Assembly (NCBI GenBank): GCA_046313915.1
Contig: JBKBXX010000001.1
Span: 1,040 to 65,039 of the forward strand
Direction: 5' to 3'
Length of the DNA stretch: 64,000 nt
Source of the DNA: Burkholderiales bacterium
GTDB lineage: Bacteria; Pseudomonadota; Gammaproteobacteria; Burkholderiales; SG8-41
Shown here: one piece after another, positions 62,060-64,000 of the stretch
Position numbering within the stretch: position 1 is the stretch's first letter
Layout: each line of letters opens with the position of its first letter
The notes under the pieces: generated by a model
The model's input: the letters and a program-made list of their open reading frames with translations, nothing else
Databases searched by the model: none
Told to the model about the DNA's origin: nothing
Position numbers and translations under genes: made by a program

Positions 62060-63226
62060 ATGGCCGTTCCGCTTTTCTATGTGGTTCGCAATCTCTGGAC
62101 CCGCCGCCTCACCAGCGCGCTGACCGTGGGCGGCCTGGCGCTGGTGGCGTACGTGTTTGCGACGGTGCTGATGCTCGACGCCGGGCTCAAGCGCACGCTG
62201 GTCACCACTGGCGAGTACGACAACGTGGTGGTATTCCGCAAAGGAGCGGAAACCGAGATCCAGAGCGGCATTTCCCGCAGCCAGGCGGGAATCATCGAGA
62301 TGCATGCCGCCATCGCCAATGGCGCGGACGGCGCGCGCCTGGTGTCGAGGGAAACGGTGGTGCTGATTTCGCTCGCCCGCCGCGGCGACAACCGCCCTTC
62401 CAACGTCGTCATCCGCGGCACTTCCGCGACGGGTATGGCGCTGAGGCCCCAGGTGAGACTGGTCGCAGGCCGGATGTTCCGTGCAGGATCGGCGGAGATC
62501 GTCGTCGGCAGCAGCATCGCCAGGCGTTTCGAAGGCACGGCGCTCGGCGGCAGGCTGCGCTTCGCGCAGCGCGAGTGGATCGTGACCGGCATTTTCGATA
62601 GCGGTGGCAGCGGCTTCGATTCCGAGATGTGGGGCGATGTCGAACAACTGATGCAGTCCTTCCGCCGCGTGGCCTATTCGGTCATGGTGGCGCGGCTGGC
62701 GGACGGCAGCCTGTTCGAGCGCTTCCGGCGGGATATCACCGCCGATCCCCGTCTCGCCAACGATGCGAAGCGCGAGCAGGCGTTCTACAGCGACCAGTCG
62801 CGGGCGCTGTCGAAATTCATCAGCATTTTCGGGCTCACGCTTTCCGCCATTTTTTCGATCGGCGCGGTGATCGGCGCGATGATCACCATGTACGCGTCGG
62901 TGGCGAACCGGGTGACCGAGATCGGCACTTTGCGCGCGCTCGGTTTCAAGCGCGCGAGCATCCTGTGGGCGTTCGTCGCGGAAGCGCTGCTGATGGGGCT
63001 GGCGGCAGGCGTGGCAGGGCTCGCGCTGGCTTCGTCGATGCAGCTGGCGTCGTTTTCCACCACCAATTTCCAGACCTTTGCCGATCTCTCGTTTCGCTTC
63101 GTCCTCACTCCGGACATCGTTCTGAAAACCCTGCTGTTCGCGCTGGCGATGGGGCTGGCCGGAGGGCTGCTGCCCGCAGTGCGCGCGGCGCGGCTCAACA
63201 TCGTCGACGCGCTGCGTGCGGCATGA
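62060..63226 (+). CDS. ABC transporter permease, FtsX/MacB type (second copy)
   Basis: Same architecture, ending ...LLPAVRAARLNIVDALRAA. The start is trimmed to MAVPLFYVVRNLW. Confidence 0.88.
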   Translation: MAVPLFYVVRNLWTRRLTSALTVGGLALVAYVFATVLMLDAGLKRTLVTTGEYDNVVVFRKGAETEIQSGISRSQAGIIEMHAAIANGADGARLVSRETVVLISLARRGDNRPSNVVIRGTSATGMALRPQVRLVAGRMFRAGSAEIVVGSSIARRFEGTALGGRLRFAQREWIVTGIFDSGGSGFDSEMWGDVEQLMQSFRRVAYSVMVARLADGSLFERFRRDITADPRLANDAKREQAFYSDQSRALSKFISIFGLTLSAIFSIGAVIGAMITMYASVANRVTEIGTLRALGFKRASILWAFVAEALLMGLAAGVAGLALASSMQLASFSTTNFQTFADLSFRFVLTPDIVLKTLLFALAMGLAGGLLPAVRAARLNIVDALRAA

Positions 63227-63240
63227 CCTCGGCCTTAATG

Positions 63241-63253
63241 CAACAAATTGATT
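63241..63253 (-). promoter_or_regulatory. IHF core consensus match (AATCAATTTGTTG) in an AT-rich islet
   Basis: An exact match to WATCAANNNNTTR on the minus strand, between the convergent permease and Nudix genes. Confidence 0.35.
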
Positions 63254-63292
63254 TTAATAAATTTTTGAGTGAGCACGCCAGTTGCGGCGCGG

Positions 63293-63838
63293 TCAGCTTT
63301 TGGCCGGCAGCGGCTCTATCGTTCCCATGTGAAAGCGGTATTCGCCCTGCTGCCGGTCGCTGTAATAGTGGGTGAGGGTGTTGCGCACGGTGGCGAAAGC
63401 GATGCGGTCCCACGGGATTTCGTTTTCCGCGAACAGGCGCGCTTCGAGGGTTTCGGCGCCGGCATGGAAATCGAGATCGAGCAGCCGCGCGCGGAACAGG
63501 ATGTAGACCTGGCTGATGTGGGGGATGTTGTAGAGCGCGTAGAGCGGCCCGATCTCTATCCTGGCGTTGGCTTCCTCCAGCGTTTCGCGCTCCGCGCCCT
63601 GATAGGTGGTTTCGCCGTTCTCCATGAATCCCGCGGGAACGGTCCACAGGCCGTAGCGCGGTTCGATGCCGCGCCGGCACAGCAGGATCTTGTCCTGCCA
63701 TTCGACGATGCAGCCGACCACCATTTTCGGATTCTGGTAATGAATGGTATGGCAGGCGTCGCACACGTGGCGCGGCAGACTGTCGCCCGGCGGAACCTTG
63801 AAGGTCACCGGCGCGCCGCAATTGCTGCAGAATTTCAT
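63293..63838 (-). CDS. NUDIX hydrolase with an N-terminal zinc ribbon
   Basis: MKFCSNCGAPV...CDACHTIHYQNP (CxxC...CxxC), then the Nudix box GFMENGETTYQGAERETLEEANA. The start is trimmed to MKFCSNCG. Confidence 0.88.
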   Translation of the reverse strand: MKFCSNCGAPVTFKVPPGDSLPRHVCDACHTIHYQNPKMVVGCIVEWQDKILLCRRGIEPRYGLWTVPAGFMENGETTYQGAERETLEEANARIEIGPLYALYNIPHISQVYILFRARLLDLDFHAGAETLEARLFAENEIPWDRIAFATVRNTLTHYYSDRQQGEYRFHMGTIEPLPAKS

Positions 63839-63964
63839 GTCGCCAGGAATCGTCGTCACCATATATAACTATAACATCGATCTGCCGCAAAACCGCGCCC
63901 GGGAACTGTCGCGCCTTTCCCGGATTGCTTCGGGTTCTCCCGGCATGCTTGTCTTACCAGCAGC

Positions 63965-64000
63965 TCAGCTTTTGTAGGGGCTGCGCTCGTTCAGCTCGTC
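63965..64000 (-). CDS. 3' end of an unidentified CDS entering from beyond the window
   Basis: The minus-strand reading ...DELNERSPYKS-stop (stop at 63965-63967) has G/C-rich third positions. It is too short to identify. Confidence 0.25.
   Translation of the reverse strand, partial: DELNERSPYKS

Overview
This is a high-GC chromosomal segment (roughly two-thirds G+C by eye). Its gene content, including Bug/TctC-type binding proteins, looks beta-proteobacterial; that placement is inference. I can support about 60 densely packed protein-coding genes, mostly housekeeping or metabolic. They include ubiX, an MFS transporter, an aldo/keto reductase, glpK, the LPS/TonB cluster exbB-exbD-lpxK-ycaR(Trm112)-kdsB-adk, and a pyrophosphate energy module (PPi-type PFK plus membrane pyrophosphatase). 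They also include xseA, miaA-mutL, a TTT-binding-protein/HpcH-aldolase/hydroxyacid-dehydrogenase set, pntAB, hsp20, amiC-tsaE, queG, an acyl-CoA activation/hydration/cleavage operon, gcdH, and two hybrid histidine-kinase loci. I found no rRNA, tRNA, CRISPR array, integrase, transposase or phage gene, so this is core chromosome rather than an island. Two real genes are missing from the supplied ORF track: a window-truncated 2-hydroxyacid dehydrogenase at 1-736 (-) and a 59-aa Trm112/YcaR gene at 19761-19940 (-). The most interesting signal is at 51680-53398. Two listed ORFs share one reading frame and are separated only by an in-frame TGA. The local context is GLGC-[UGA]-GSCT (UxxC-type), and a strong SECIS-like hairpin follows immediately. 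This is a candidate selenoprotein fused to a large domain I cannot assign. It is flanked by a decayed Bug-family gene, a 446-bp structured non-coding stretch with a textbook terminator, and a PrpD/MmgE-family gene. Other observations worth a second look:
- A DnaA-box triplet plus an IHF site between exbB and xseA.
- Six AT-rich intergenic islets that each carry a perfect IHF core consensus.
- A hybrid kinase translationally embedded inside a MacAB-type ABC pump operon.
- A porin / orphan PhnD-like binding protein / hybrid kinase sensing module.
- A thiolase-like protein and an alpha/beta hydrolase that both appear to lack their canonical nucleophile.
- A lower-GC secreted multidomain lipase-like gene.
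All family assignments rest on reading the translations. No database search was possible.
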